The notes beneath the pieces were generated by a model. It had not been told where the DNA came from. It saw only the letters and a list, made by a program, of their open reading frames with translations, and searched no databases. Shown here piece after piece: positions 1 through 14,239 of a stretch of DNA of 64,000 nucleotides (positions are counted from its first letter, which is position 1; each line of letters opens with the position of its first letter). The stretch comes from Lingula anatina (Eukaryota; Animalia; Brachiopoda), in NCBI GenBank assembly GCA_051362555.1, contig CM120648.1, positions 7,560,587 through 7,624,586 on the forward strand, given 5' to 3'. Made by a program: the position numbers and the translations under genes.

Positions 1-700
1 ACTTAAAACATAAAGAAATATATTTAAAAGTTGTTGACTTGGCGTTAAGTATCGCACATTAACGCCTTGATGTGCGCTAAGGCATGTGCATGCCGTACAA
101 TCGATTTAGGCCAACATGTAGGTCATATATGTTAACGGCAGTGTCATGCACATAATACAATTGGAGATCTTTTTCCTGTGGAATTCTGGCTAATTGACGG
201 ATGTGAAATATCAACAGTGTCCTGCACGAGATCTAGACTGCAACGCCGAGGTGCATTTATTTTTTAATATCAACGCGTTAATATTTGAAAATTGCTCAGG
301 CTCAGTATCATATCACTTTCGTAATTCTAATGTGTTTGTGTGCAAGGGGCACTTATCTGCGACTGATAATGTAAGAATATCCAAATAAATGCCAAATAAA
401 ACATACAAAACGTTTTTCTTCATTTTTCCCCAATTACTTTCTTTTGAGATACGTATAGAAATAGATACCATCCAAAATCTCACTGCTGGAGCGCCATTTG
501 TTTGATTTGAACAACCACATTTACGGGAACACCGCGTAGAGTTAAACCTATGCAATCTATTTATAAAAAATTCAAACCTTTAACACAAAATAAATTCGAA
601 ATAAGATATGGACTGCTCATCCAGTCGAGAAAGGTTGGGTCGGAAAAGAAAGGGGGGTTCTAGGTCTAACACGAACATCAAAGTTGGTCTAATTTGTTGA

Positions 701-791
701 TACAGTGCCGCCGGAATGTAACCTTACTTACTCTGCGGGTCCCTGCGGGTTGATCATACATACGGTAAGGTTAGTTTCGGGCGGCACTGTA
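701..791. mobile_element. Short inverted-repeat element (MITE-like, Tc1/mariner-type ends)
   Basis: The ends tacagtgccgcc...ggcggcactgta are perfect reverse complements, and pairing extends imperfectly inward (taaccttac/gtaaggtta). TA at both ends and CAGTG termini resemble Tc1/mariner derivatives. Confidence 0.55.
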
Positions 792-3239
792 GACCTAAAC
801 ATGGGCTGTTGCTTGACTCAAGGTGACTGTGTTTGTGCCTTGATGGCGTAGGAGTCCTTGAAAAGGTTACTTGTCTCAAATTCACTTTTTCATGATTTAT
901 GTCTGGTCATAACTGGTCGTTACCTAACACACCTACTAAGCGCACACCACTGCTTGACACGATGACGGTACTATTGCATATCAGCGTTAATCATTTCGTG
1001 TGCTTTAGATATTTAGTACTTAAACTAAACCCGATATTAAATGGTCCCTTAATTCAAAGAGATCGTTATAATTAGCATTCGAACAATGGTCTTTATGAGG
1101 TTATTGCCATAAAGATATTTAATATATCAACCCCATGAAAATAAAAGTGATAAACAACGGTTCTAGTTCATATAACCCCTAATATAAGTCATGTATCACT
1201 TAAAGCTTTACCGGTGTTCGATTTCCCGTGAGAAAAACAGAAATACCTTAGCGTGTCCCTGAATTAAAATGTTGCAACCTGAGTTATTGGGTTTAATACA
1301 AGGGACAGGGAGAAAATGCGGCACTAAGCGGATCTGTACTGGGCGAAATTCGGTTTGCATGAAGTAATTAATGGACAATGGGGCACATGTAGGAGAGGAG
1401 ACATATATCACCTCCCGATTTCTGGAAATATCTGCACGCAAGGTAATCAGTCCTCGTCCGTTGCAACCTACAGTGGTCACCCACTCCAAAAGGCATTGCC
1501 AATCACCAACACAGCAAATCTTTGCAATTTAGCCTGTTTTTTTTTAGTTCCAGGTATTAATATTAATATCGAATGCGACAGAAATATTGGGCGTTATTAA
1601 AGCACAATTGCGCTTGGTGCTATTGCACGAACAAATAATGGCTACTTCACACTGCTGGAATCAGGAACAAGACTTTAGACCTGAACGATTTTTGATCTTT
1701 TTTATCATATGATAAAGATGGTACCATTATACGAAAGTACCGTGCCGGTGGGCCTACTCACGAAACAATCTGCAATTGCATTATCACTGTCTATACAATT
1801 ACATTAGCTGTGTAACTTTGTATGTTTCGAGTTACAGTACTTGTGTTTGGTTTCCAAATGTGTAATTCTACCACTGCACTTTGCATCACGCGAGGCTATG
1901 CACGACAACTTCTTTATCCGGAACAGATGTACATTTGTGGCATCTGTTTTTTTAATGTGTAATTGGAATCCAAATGGCATCCATGTTGTGCATATACAGG
2001 TCTACATTGCACATGTGCATATACGGTTATTTTAAAACAAATTTGCTGCTAGGCATGATATTTCAATAACATCAAATAGTTTTGCTTGTACGGCGCGAAG
2101 AAAAAATCTTACCTGTCACAAATTTCGATTATTTGTATCAGTGCAATAGATGCATTAGCATTAGGGATGCTTTTTATATTCGAAAGCATTCTCAATATTC
2201 AGTAATGGGTGACAATACTTCAACTTATCTTATCGAAATACATTCCTCACTTAAGATACATATGAAGCAAGACCAAAACAGAATTTTCTTTAAGTTATCC
2301 TATTTGAAATTATACGGTGGCATATGGTCTGGTTTATATTATTTGACACAGGTACTAACTTAATATGCATCTTTATTGTAAAAATGATCAAACTCCATAT
2401 TCTTAATACAACATGTCTACAGCAGCAATGTTTATACGGGTTGAGAACGATCGGGTTATATATATAGAATAATGTTGCCACTTCAGCTTATCAATACACT
2501 ACTCCGTTCATCATTTTTTTTATAATAGCTCTTTGTTTGAGGAACAGAAGCAATCAGAACGTTACACAATCGGCTCACAATTTTCTGACTGTTTTCGACC
2601 TTGCGATATTCTTTCTTGGGTGTTGTATGTCTTTCAACAAAATCAATTTATTGAGTGGCAGCATGATTGCAGGCGAAAGAAGAGCGACGATTGATGCGAG
2701 TGAAATAATGAAAATGCGATAATTAAGAGAATTAACTGGAAAAATCATGACTGGGAGACTGAAGCACGGTTTTGCACATGGTGCATTGATTCCAAAACAC
2801 GGGAAGAGGATATAATAAAAATGAGATATGAAATATACAATCCGAAGAGGCGAAAAACGAACAAATATTAACTCGCCCTAGAAGTAAGAAGATACGTTCA
2901 AAGAGATAACAGAGTTAACTGTTGTTCGGTTTAAAGAAAGAAGAGAAAGGATTATATGGGAGGGTACATGCAAAACGAAGTGCCTTGGAATTTAAACAAA
3001 GATTGCACACAAAAAAATTAAAAAAGAAAGACGGAGCAGTAATACATAGAAGCAAACAAATCGGAGAAATAAACACGAAAAAAATGGAAAATTATGGCCT
3101 CAGCTTTTGAGAAAAAAGAAAACAATAACCAAAAGAGGAGAGAAAAATGGAAATATTGCAAACCATAGCAGCAAATTGAAGGTATGCGTAAAGGAAAGAA
3201 AAGTCGGAAGACTATTAGATAAAATAAACAAAAATATCA

Positions 3240-3243
<4 letters not shown>

Positions 3244-3284
<41 letters not shown>
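3244..3284. repeat. (GA)n microsatellite
   Basis: About 20 GA units, seen directly. It produces the spurious SLSLSL and ERERER tracts in overlapping ORFs. Confidence 0.95.
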
Positions 3285-3288
<4 letters not shown>

Positions 3289-3324
3289 CGGGGATGAATG
3301 AAAGCACACCATCACCAACAATAC

Positions 3325-3516
3325 CTGTACTGCGGTTCCGGCCGGACGAAATTCTTCATCGGTCACCTCTATAACAGACCCATACCCTGGCTCCGTCTCG
3401 ACGGTCGCCGGTGCCGCTCTCGCCAAAAGCACCATAGAGCTCATGACTACTGCACATAACGCAAGGGCCCAGTCCTGTCGTCGCAGAAACACGCACCTTC
3501 TCCCACTGCAGCTCAT
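3325..3516 (-). CDS. First coding exon of a secreted prepropeptide (putative neuropeptide precursor; remainder not found in window)
   Basis: MSCSGRRCVFLRRQDWALALCAVVMSSMVLLARA-APATVETEPGYGSVIEVTDEEFRPAGTAVQ has a basic n-region, hydrophobic core, A-R-A cleavage site and acidic pro-region. It ends at a phase-0 donor CAG|gtattg at 3325/3324 and is a GC-rich island in an AT-rich background. TATA and CCAAT boxes lie upstream. Confidence 0.7.
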
Positions 3517-3874
3517 TGTTATTGACGAATCGATATAACAATTTCCTAAACAACGTTGATTTCGGAATAGTTTTCGTGTTTTTTTTTATTTTTTTACTTC
3601 CGTTCCCCTTGACTACCACAGCTCAAATTTCTAATGTAGTGTTCTTCGCTTTGAATATCAATTATTAAATTTCGTCACTTGAGCCCTGTTTTTGTTTTGG
3701 GTTCTCCTTGGTGTAGATTGTCGGGGTATTGGTCCTGCTGACGACTGATCTTTTGTCCTTGTTTGTTCTTTCTGATATCAAATCACCTCGTCTTGGTCTT
3801 GCTGTTCAATCAACGTCCTTAGTACGCACCTAGAGCGTTCGCGGGTGCATTAACTCCTGCATCCCTTGTCTTGT

Positions 3875-3909
3875 CTTTTATATTCCTAGCAGCGTCCGAT
3901 TTAACCAAT
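3875..3909 (-). promoter_or_regulatory. Core promoter (TATA + CCAAT box) of the prepropeptide gene at 3325-3516
   Basis: TATAAAAG on the minus strand at 3882-3875 and a CCAAT box (plus strand 3905-3909) about 25 nt further upstream. This implies a TSS near 3850 and a 5' UTR of about 330 nt. Confidence 0.5.
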
Positions 3910-6900
3910 CAGAGAACTGCTTCAGGCAGGTGGGATACCGCCTACAGCGCTGCTGGCAGCACGCGAGGGGACTTCGTGAACAGCACGGTAGTTGCAGTAC
4001 CAGTAACAGCATCACCGCAGCGCTCACTGAACAGACGTTCTTTAAGCATTGCGCCAATGAGTTGGTTCGAGTGGTCATAACAGCAGAATTAACACTGCCA
4101 GTGTTTGCGTGGTGTTAAAATTATCGATTGCTTGCGAATCTTACAGGGGTAGGGCCATAAGGTCAAGAGGTTAATTTCGTTAATTCGATGTCGATTATGT
4201 TTTTCGAAGGATTCGAAGTATCAATTAAACTGGTCTGGTATAGCTTGGGTGTGGAAAGGCCGGTTCAGATCCCGAATCGTGGAATAACGGTTAATTACGT
4301 GAAAAAACCTTAGATCGCTGTTCCAATACCTGTATGCATTGCCTCTTGCCAAATGCCAATTTCCTAGTGCTGTCTCCAGATTTAAGGGCGAATGAAAGCT
4401 ATCGTCGCCTTTTGCTATTATTGATCTACAAGGGGGAGGGGGGTGTAAAGGCAATGCTTCTATCTTTTGCACCCCCTTTATGTTTTTTTTACGACCTTTG
4501 AAATATAAAAAAATATCAAAGATCGTAATGTCATGATATACCTATCATTACAAATCTAACTCTGTTTTGATACAAATAATGACTGAGGATTAGGGGGAAG
4601 GGGGTGCTTTTGCAACCCCACAAAATTCCGTAATGGGTGCCCGATTTCCATGAAACAGGTATTTAGTCACACCATAATTTAATACTCTTATCAATTGTTT
4701 AGATAACCATTTTGATGTCATGGCTAATTTATAAAGTGAAAAAGTAAAATAACATTTGGGTTTGGCATAAATGAAAACGTCCTTCAAAAGTAGGCAAATA
4801 TCAATCATTCTATATATTGAAGCTCGTACTATAAGGCGTGGGCAAGAGGTAGAATAATGCTTCCAACACTACCATTTTCAAGTTATTAAGGTTCATTTAT
4901 GGTATATGTTTAAACATTTATCTATTCTCATAACATAATACAATGTATTACAGTGCATTACAATGCCATTAATACGAACGCATCTAGCTCAATTGTAGAT
5001 GTAAGCCAAAACTTCCCACACAGTTTTCAAGTCATGTTCGCAGCCGGTAAGACTTAAACGGCGAATGCCTTATTTTCCAGAGGCGGGCTCTTTGGGTTGC
5101 AGCTTCATATCTTTGTGCAACGTTTGGTGTACATTTGTACCCTAAGGTAAGCTACGGTTGAGTTACGGGAAGCACTAAAACAGGGGGGAAACAACCAAGT
5201 GCACTTTTCCCGGAGCTGAAACCTTAAATCAGTGTCAGTCACAACGAACTAGAACAGGACTTCAGACACACAAACAAAACATACGTCAGTGAGTGCTAAT
5301 AGGTAACAATGAGACGTTTATCCCTGGCATAATTCTCAAAGAGTTTTCAGCAGCGAAGATGAAAGTGCATGTTTGATGTGGTTTCCAAGAGTTGATCGTT
5401 TCTCTTGTTAAACGGTAATTGCTCTAGATTTATCTGCGGCAGCGCACATTCCCATTGGGGAGTGGTTGGGGGTTAGGGCATAATTGGCTGTTAATTTACT
5501 ATCTCTCTTTAGAAAGACGGAAGTCACGTTCAAGCCGAAACATATCGATTACTCTGACGTTGTTTTAACGCTATGGTCATTTTCATATAGCGCTATGTTC
5601 GTTTAGTGACATATGGGTGAGGAATTATCAATTACACACATTAAAGTTATAAAACACTTTAATTGCATCTATGCGGCGAAGGTGGTTTTGAAACAATCTT
5701 TGGTCGTCAGTCGTTTAAAAGGAAAACACATCAACAATTTTGCTGTCCAGTTATGTTAAATACTAACAAACTTCGTTCACCTGAACCACTATAATATTTC
5801 ATTATCCGCTGTTTATTATTTCTCATTATTCTCATGTATATACTCTTCCTGGTATAAAATCCAAGACTCATTTCGGAATTAATTGAGTGGCCCTTTCTTA
5901 CAGATGTCAGCAGTGATCCATCGGTGTGACAAAAGCATGTAAAATAATTCACTTTGTTTTCGAGAATTTACCGTATTGGGACTCAGGGCTTCCGAGACAT
6001 GTATTCATACAATTTATTTAAATTGTTTCGAAAGAAGTCTGAAAATCATAAAAGTAGATAAAAAGGTTAATTTTTTTTTTGATAAGTTTGCCATATACTT
6101 AGATTTATATTAGATTCGAAGAGATAGTCACACAACGAGACGATCAAACAATGAAGTAATAAATAAATAAATAAATAAATAAATTAATTAATTAATAAAT
6201 AAATAAAAAGACAAAGAAATCATAGCACATAGCATTACATTTTATTATACAATTTCTCCTAGTATAAATTATAACGCAATTTTATCTAAAAACATTTATG
6301 TTTCAGTTTTTGGAATATTGCTGAAAACAAAATGTTACTCAAATGTAGCTAGAGGAAGTTTTTTTCACAATTACAGGTAGTGGTATGCCAGATTTACCAC
6401 ATCCATACGTCATTCTTATCTATAGTCACGCAGTTTTCCCCATATTATGTATTGTACATGTACATATTTTCAACATTCGTGTTTACTGAGGGCGTACCAC
6501 GGGAAAAACATGAGGCATTTTTGTATAATTTCCATCATTTTTTCAATAAGAATCGTGTTTGTTAATACACAGTTGTTTTATTTTGTACGGTAAGTTACCA
6601 CAAGTTGAATATATGCATGTTTAGTAGAAAGGGGTGTAAAATGAAGAGATGAGTAGAGACAAGTCATTTTGCTGCATTTCAAAGAACACTACACGTATAT
6701 CTTTACCTAATTTTTCCAAATAAGACAACTAAGAATAACCACATTATTTTTTATTATCATACAGGTTTCACAGAAGAGGCCTATCTTAACCAACAGAAAA
6801 AATAATCGGCTTCCGAAACGATACACTAAGTGAAGTTAACGCATCTGCATAAAGCGCAGTACGGTCCAACTTGGCAGCCACAACTCCACCTTTTCCAAGT

Positions 6901-9900
6901 AAAACTACGACATTAACTGGACAAAAGTAAAGCACTTTATCACCAAATGGTTAATATCTATTAAAGTTCCCTTTGCTCCATCTTTCAAATACGCCTAAGA
7001 TATGGTACTTAAGTATTAGAGAAGCTCAATTAAAGGACACAAACGCAGGGAAATAAAGACCATCTGCTGTGCCGACTTTTTTTTTTAGATTTTCCAGCAT
7101 TACGCTTAACAGGAAGTATCGTTTTGAGCCACGCCGTGATAAAGGTACCGGTGTAACAGAAATGTAAGTCCTGGGAATGGAAGTCGAGGATCCCATACGA
7201 TTAAAACAGTTTAGGGTTAGTTGGAATATTGGGATTACTATATGGGACAGGTGTCAACTGTGCAAAGTATGGGAAGCGGAATACGTGTTCCTAGCGGACC
7301 ACCATTCCTGTTACACAAGTTCTCCGCGACGCTATTATTTTGTTTTGCACATGTAATACAGTGATATTTTGCTCAACATTGATGCATAATACAGAAAACA
7401 TTTTAAATGCGAGGGCCAGATGAAAATAATAAAAATAGTTACGCAAATATGCTCTTTAAATGCAAAAAAGGCCAAGAATGTGATCCATTTTCGAAGCTTT
7501 AGATCATGTTTTTGAATTTAATGCTGTGGATCCATGACACGGTTGAAGTTCGATACAAATTTCACTTTTCAAATGAAAGGACTGGAATTTTGCGTAGTTT
7601 CAGCATCGATTTCTTAAACGGCACTTAGAGTGGGCATGCGCGTCCTTTTACTTTGAAAGACGTATTTTGTGTAAGTTTATTGGCGTGTTTCAGGTTTTCA
7701 CATTAAGGCAGCAAGCATCTATCAAAAACTGATATTTTTAGGGGGGGGGTTAGTTAAATGCCGATCACACATACCCAGTAGGGAAATTATGTTGTATTAA
7801 CGTTGACACAATGTCTAACGTGAACGTTAACAAATTGCTGGGTTAACATTAGATGAACGTCAGCTAACGACGTTACATACGCAGCTTTCCTTTATCAAAT
7901 GAAAGCGAAACGATTCTTTATTCTGACAAAGGTTTGTAAAGCTTGGCATCTTATTGGTCAGACACCTTATACACTGAACCAATCCACATTAGTACTCACT
8001 GAGTGACCATATGCATGTAGATTGCATATTAATATATACCTGTGATTTCTTCGGCAAACGTGCAAGCTAGTAATTAAGCTGGCAACCGTCCCTGCATGCA
8101 CTGAAACCAAAATAATCTGATCAATAAACAAAATGAATATAAACACAAACAACAGACAAACATATTTACATTGGAAGATGATTCTGACTCCGTTATGAAG
8201 GTACATTGCACTTTTGATGTAGGCATGTACATTAAACATATGCTCCCCTACCAAAAAAAGTGTCACCCCTACCGCATTTATATTCATTGCTACAAGGGTA
8301 GCCATGGATTTGATTTCACTATTACGTCAAAACACAGGCACCGATCTTCGTGTGAACTATGGGTGTGAGAAGTGAATCATTGATCTACGTAGCAAGACCA
8401 CTGAAATATCAAGTATATTTTAATATGCGGCACCCAAGTTATATACATGTTCATGTAAATCACTCTAGCTTCTTGGTCTCTCATTGGCATTTTACTAAGC
8501 CGTGTTCCAATATTGTTTGCCAAATGAGATGACAAGCGTTACAAGTACTGGTATACATCAGGGTAATCTAGACTACATGAATACTTCCGGGATAGACTTA
8601 GTTGCTACTTTTAGGGAACGATTATTATAGATGACTTTGAAATCGGAGGGGCGGTAGTGTGGCCAACGCTATTCCATGACCTGATATGAACCCCTGGGCT
8701 AAGCATCTCGAGGCAGAGGCATCGTTCTGTCCTTTTATTTTATCTTCTTCTGTTTATATTTATGTATGTGTGCGTGTGAGAGGGGGTTGTAGGCGTATGT
8801 GTGTGCGTGCATGTACGCAGTACATTATGTAACTATTTCTATGTGTGTATGGATTCTAAAAACTACCATGAACTTATAAACCCTCATGAAAACTTCCTAT
8901 AGGGCGTCCAGTAGGCTTGTATAAGAATCTACGGGACTCTGTTGGAATACGGCAGGATTCTATAGAAATCCTACAGAACTCAATAAGAAGGACTCTATGG
9001 GCATTATGTCGGAATCCCTATAATGTCCAAAAGGATCCTATAAGAAAATTCCGTAAGAGCCGTTAGGAATACTTCACACTCTTCTGCAACTGGAGATTAC
9101 AAGAGAAGAAAGACTGAACGATTATATTCGTTATCTCCTCGGTGTATTGCGTTAACGACTCTTTGGTGGCAGTAAATGGAGTGGGAGTTAACATCCTTTA
9201 TGAGTCTGCGCACCGAGATTGTTATCTAGAACCCAGACAAACTTATTGTCAATAAAATTCCGTTCGTGCCATCACCTTAAGTGACGAAATTTACATTATT
9301 GTGTTGTTGTATGCGGTTATGTTTTATCTCGTTCAACAGTTCATTGACTCAACATAGAGATTTAGGTATTAGGAAACATAAGGGAATTCTTAAAGCGATA
9401 AGGTTCCAATCAATAAGAGATTTTCATCATTATTATTGTGTGATAGTGCAAATTAAGATTAAAATATGATACCTCATTCGCGCCCCAATGTTTATGAAGG
9501 ATGTTTTCGAAGGTATTTTTGTTTCCTTTTTGTAACAGCAAAAAGTTCGTTGTGCAGAATTGTAGAAATTCCATTGTCAATAGTTTTTTTTAGAAGCTGA
9601 TGCTATGTCTACAACTAAAACAGCCCCTTTTCGTGATAACGTCTGTCGGTATAATCAGAAGAAATGTTGGCTGGTTAAATATCAGTTTTACTTTAACTCA
9701 CAAGCTACATGTATTTGACAAAACAACGCCAACAGTCCTATTGAAAGCATGCATAGCCAACCAAAGTTTTCAGGACCAGCGCTTTCTTTTTTCCTGCCGT
9801 CAGTGTACATGCAGACCAATTTCCAAGTTACTTGTATTGATAAAAATATGTACAAAACGACCAATGGAACAAATGATCTATTCATAGATTAGTGTTAAAG

Positions 9901-12900
9901 ATAATTATCCCAGCGACAGAAAATGCAGTGATTTTCAGAAATAAAGCAGCAGCCTCTGTTGCTCTTAAAATTGAATTTGAAAATCAATCAAACAAATAGA
10001 TAGACAAAATATTTGCTTTTGGTCTATCCTTACATGCTACCCATCAAATAGCCTGTGATACCCTTAAGCTTAATGCTAAACAATACGTAACTTCACATTA
10101 ATACTTCAGAGGTAAATTGCACAGCACACTCAAATAACCACGAGCACTTATTCGTCCATCTTCATTTCGATTGACGTTAGGTTGCAATAACCCTCATCAA
10201 TAACCATGTTAGATGAAAACGTGTCAGAATGGGAGATATGCGTGTTGAAATCCCCGGGTTTTAAAGCGAACAAACCCTTGTGAAGTGTGATCGTTTTATA
10301 CACTTACAACCTGCGCCTAAACAGGCATCAGACACAACGTTTCTATACTCTAAATTGCGCGGCGCAGTGTGAGATCTGTGATAGTTGCTCCGAATGCGGG
10401 ATTCATTTGCAATTGCTGGGTAACCAGAGAACCCTAAGGGCGCAATCAACAATCGATTTAATTACACACTTGACTCGATTTGTCGATCGCCACTTAAAGA
10501 TCGCTCATTGAATGGCGTCTTGTATACAATTAGGAAGTTGGCGCCATTTATAAGCTGTTCTGCTTTGCAAAGTGCACCAGAATCAGCATGTAGATCTCTT
10601 TCTGATGAAGAGAGACAAACGTAATTTAATCGATTTACTGCTGTAGAGGAGATTTATTCTAATGCGACGCAGAACCGGATGCACCGGAAGAGAAGTTTTA
10701 CTGCGAAATGTAATAACACTTAAGACCCGGATGTGTTGCTAAGTAGCAGGATGGGGCCGTAATGACCCGGATGTATATGTGCAGTGCAAAGTGAAAAATA
10801 CAATACAACTGCAGTCGGTTGTGCGAAACTGGCTCTTCTGGAGTATTGAGATATAACAGTATGAGTACAATATTGGGAAAGATATCCGCCTGCCCTTTTT
10901 GATGAGAAACAAGGTAGAAGCTAAGAACTTCTAATGTACATGAATATATACGTTCCCTAGCAAAATATTGATCATGCTGTAATGGACCCAAGATGACAGT
11001 AATGGCCCTGATTTCACTTTCGATAAACAAAAACTAAAGTAAGCGTAAGGCGACTGATCACAGTGAGAGTAGACTGAACGCAGCTTGCTAAGGTCACAAG
11101 CCACTGTACCTGTCTCTGCATGACGTCCAATAAAAGGATTGCACTTTCCACACCATAAAATAAAAAAAGAAGACTAAACAAGAAGGCAGAAAGCTCTCGG
11201 GACAAGGGATTAATTTTCAAGTGCCATTACCCGGAATGCACTTTCATCTTTGAATCATAACACTAGCGTTATGATCGTTGATGTTTATTGAGATATCATT
11301 CAAAGGCACAGAGTGTCATCACACTGTGTCATTAGTACCAAGAATCGAGCTCATGAGCAAGTAATATCACTTAAATGAAAATGCACTGACATAAGACATT
11401 GCCCTTTAAGGCTGATACCAGAAGAGAGAGAGAGAGAGAGAGACCGCATTCATAACCGAAGTTGATCCGCAGACTAACAGAAAAAGTATTTTTGAAAATT
11501 GATATCTGAAGTGCAGTGCTTTTTTTTCATCATCTCGATGTAATTGCTGTTAATACTTTCAGGACTGATGGGGCTTTATTTCAAGTGTCAGAGCATATAG
11601 GCAGTCTGATATCCAAAAGCCTACCAACAGGATACTTAAGTGTCTGATCTGTTTATGTTCTGTTAGCAACCCTTGATGCCACCTTATTGATGAATACATA
11701 TAAAGAGCACATTCAGAACAGCGGACTAACAGATCAAATATGGCCGATCCACTTTAATGCTTGTTGCTTAATCCCTGCAGGGAAACTATTCAGTGTCTAA
11801 TCGGGAATTAAGCGGCAAGCTCTTAAATGGGACGCCATATCTGTTTGTCTGTTGTTCTGAGTGCGCCAAAAATCAATCGTTTAGGTCGCCCAAGGTGAGA
11901 GATCATTCGAGAGCTGGTAACACCATCTTGATAACAGTTATGAAAGTACTTGTCCGTGAAGTGTGTTTTCGTAGCCAGCTGCAGACCGATGAAAAATATT
12001 CGAAGAAATTCTCTCTGAAAATGACACACACAGATTACATCTAGCACTTAATCTAAATGTATATTCTGTGGCAGTTTTCTATGGTTTTGCATGCTAAATC
12101 GGACTTGCGATTCTCCTTTTGATAGTAATTACCAATTGATTTTATTTAATTTTTGTGGAAATGCTGTATTATAGGCATTTAATTTTTAAGCAAATTCCGT
12201 TGTTATATGCTGACGAATATTTCATTTTAAACTATACCTTCTTTGTCAGTAAACTAGCCCGTGAGCATGCGCACTTGCTGTTTTTTTTTCATATATCTTA
12301 TCATGTATATGATTCCCAAGTTGAACTTTTGTACTTTCCTAAATCAAATAAACAAAATTAATGACAAATTCCGTCCCTTATGGAACTTCATATCATATCT
12401 GCTCTGGCAGAGTTTATCTTCATTTTTAATTGGCCGGGCAGAGATGCCTGTTGATAAAGCGTGTGTCAGCACCAAGGCATCGTATCGTAATTCTTCGGAT
12501 TTTGCTGCCACTGTGTGAATGCCAAAGCTGTCGATATAACTGTCAGAAAGCGAAAAGTCGGGTTTCGTTGTAGTAACTGTAGTCGCGTTTGAGACATATT
12601 AAAAAACCGACCAAGCAGGAACAATTGTTTTCAAAGTGAGGCAAACATTAGATTTAAGAGGCATTGCTCCTTACACAATGAAAGCACACGTTATAAGACA
12701 ACTCGACGGCTTTTGAGATAAGCAATTTAATTTACAAAAATGACGAAAATCAGTGGGCACTAGAAAGAGCACGTGTTATTCCATTTAATTCTCCCTCTTG
12801 CAAAACAGATTAATTCAGAAATACAGAAATGATCTGAACAGATAGTTTTCGAATTTGTCTATTCGGACTTCAGGTCGGGGTGAGCGGAAGCCGTCTTCTG

Positions 12901-14177
12901 TGTCTCCTGGAAGATGGTCAGAAGTTTACACTGACGGGCATCTTTTTTATTTATTTATTTATTTATTTATTTTTTTTGGGGGGGGGGGGGGAGACGGTCA
13001 AAAAGGGAGGGTGGATCAACGAACATGATTTGAAAGACTGTCAGAAAATATCTCAGTACCCGCCCCTGCCACCAGCCGTGGCGTCCTGCACGACACTTCT
13101 CCAACATCCCGATACTCAAACACAAAATGCATGTATGAGCACTGTGGTTTATGGCAAATCGCCAGTAAATTTTGAAAAAAAAAAGGGGTAGGGGCACGTG
13201 CCTTTGCGCTAATTGACACCACTATCACCGCATCCTGTTCTAATACTAATAGGGCCAACACATCACGCCACTGAGGAAGGATTGACGTAGCAACTGGCCC
13301 GATTTCTAAAATCTTGCACAATAACGTTGATTACTTTCCAGTATTACCTTAGCTAAGAAGTACCGAAAGTTCAATTTTTTTTGAAAACGCAACATCCCTA
13401 CACAGCGGTAACGATTTCTCAGTTTATTAGGTTTGTTTTGTTTAAGTCGCCTCCTTATTTTCAGATTCGTTAGTTTGCACGCTAAGAGCCATTATCTACC
13501 AGCACATCGTGATAACGAGTTTCAAACCCGGAGCCGTAGACGAGCTACTTTGCATGACGGCTGACTAAGACAGACCAGAATTTCCTTCATTATTTTTTCG
13601 ACAACAGCTCGTTATCGCTGGAAATGTCTCAAACTTCGCATTTGATGTATGCATATGTCAAATTAAATGGCGTCTTGACATATTTGCGTTTTCATCTTTT
13701 CTAAACAAATGCGTCTTTTATCTTCTGAGACGCTGTTGCGTGAGGTGATCGGTAGATCATTAAAAAGAAAAAGAGAGAACTCCCAAAAGTTGCGTGCATA
13801 TACCTGTTGAATTTTGAGATATCCTTTCTCTCCTTGTTTGGAGTACTTTGTCTTTTTTGTCTTTTTAAATACTTGTTTTGCTCCACGAACGTCAATAAAG
13901 AACCGCGTGTTATTTCATTCTATTTTTTACGTAATCCGTACATGTTAACCGATTTGTCACCTAACCCGTTAATAGACTTCGAGAATGATACACCAAAATG
14001 TACTAGAGAACTAAAAACGAATATCATGGACAAGATCAATATTCTTATACGTCAAGGTCATTAAGAATAAATGGGTCTTATCCGATATTATAAAACTTGA
14101 ACCTACGCCAGACGAAAGAATACATTTCCATCCTAATTTGACATATCTTTCTTGTTAACGGGTTAGTTTAAAAATGT

Positions 14178-14239
14178 TCAGGTATCAGACAACGATGAAA
14201 TGAGATAATGAAACTAGGGGTATCATCGGAAAAGTAAAA
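14178..14239 (+). repeat. 62-bp direct repeat, copy 1 (copy 2 at 15199-15260)
   Basis: tcaggtatcag(a/g)caacgatgaaatgagataatgaaactaggggtatcatcggaaaagtaaaa occurs twice, 1021 bp apart, with one mismatch. Confidence 0.85.

Noticed and set aside
1-3324. Downstream exons of the prepropeptide gene at 3325-3516
   Set aside because: The phase-0 acceptors I tried (e.g. near 2630 and 236) gave short frames with no convertase sites or Cys-ring peptide, so no exon could be supported.
3878-4078. Cys-rich ORF with a signal-like stretch (MTTRTNSLAQCLK...CCSRSPLACCQQRCRRYPTC)
   Set aside because: It overlaps the TATA/CCAAT promoter of the downstream prepropeptide gene and has no promoter or splice evidence of its own. 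A chance ORF in GC-rich regulatory DNA is more likely, though not formally excluded.
7030-7650. Possible additional TTAA-flanked element (ttaaaggacac ... gcgtcctttta)
   Set aside because: The terminal match is short and imperfect, and there is no second copy in the window.
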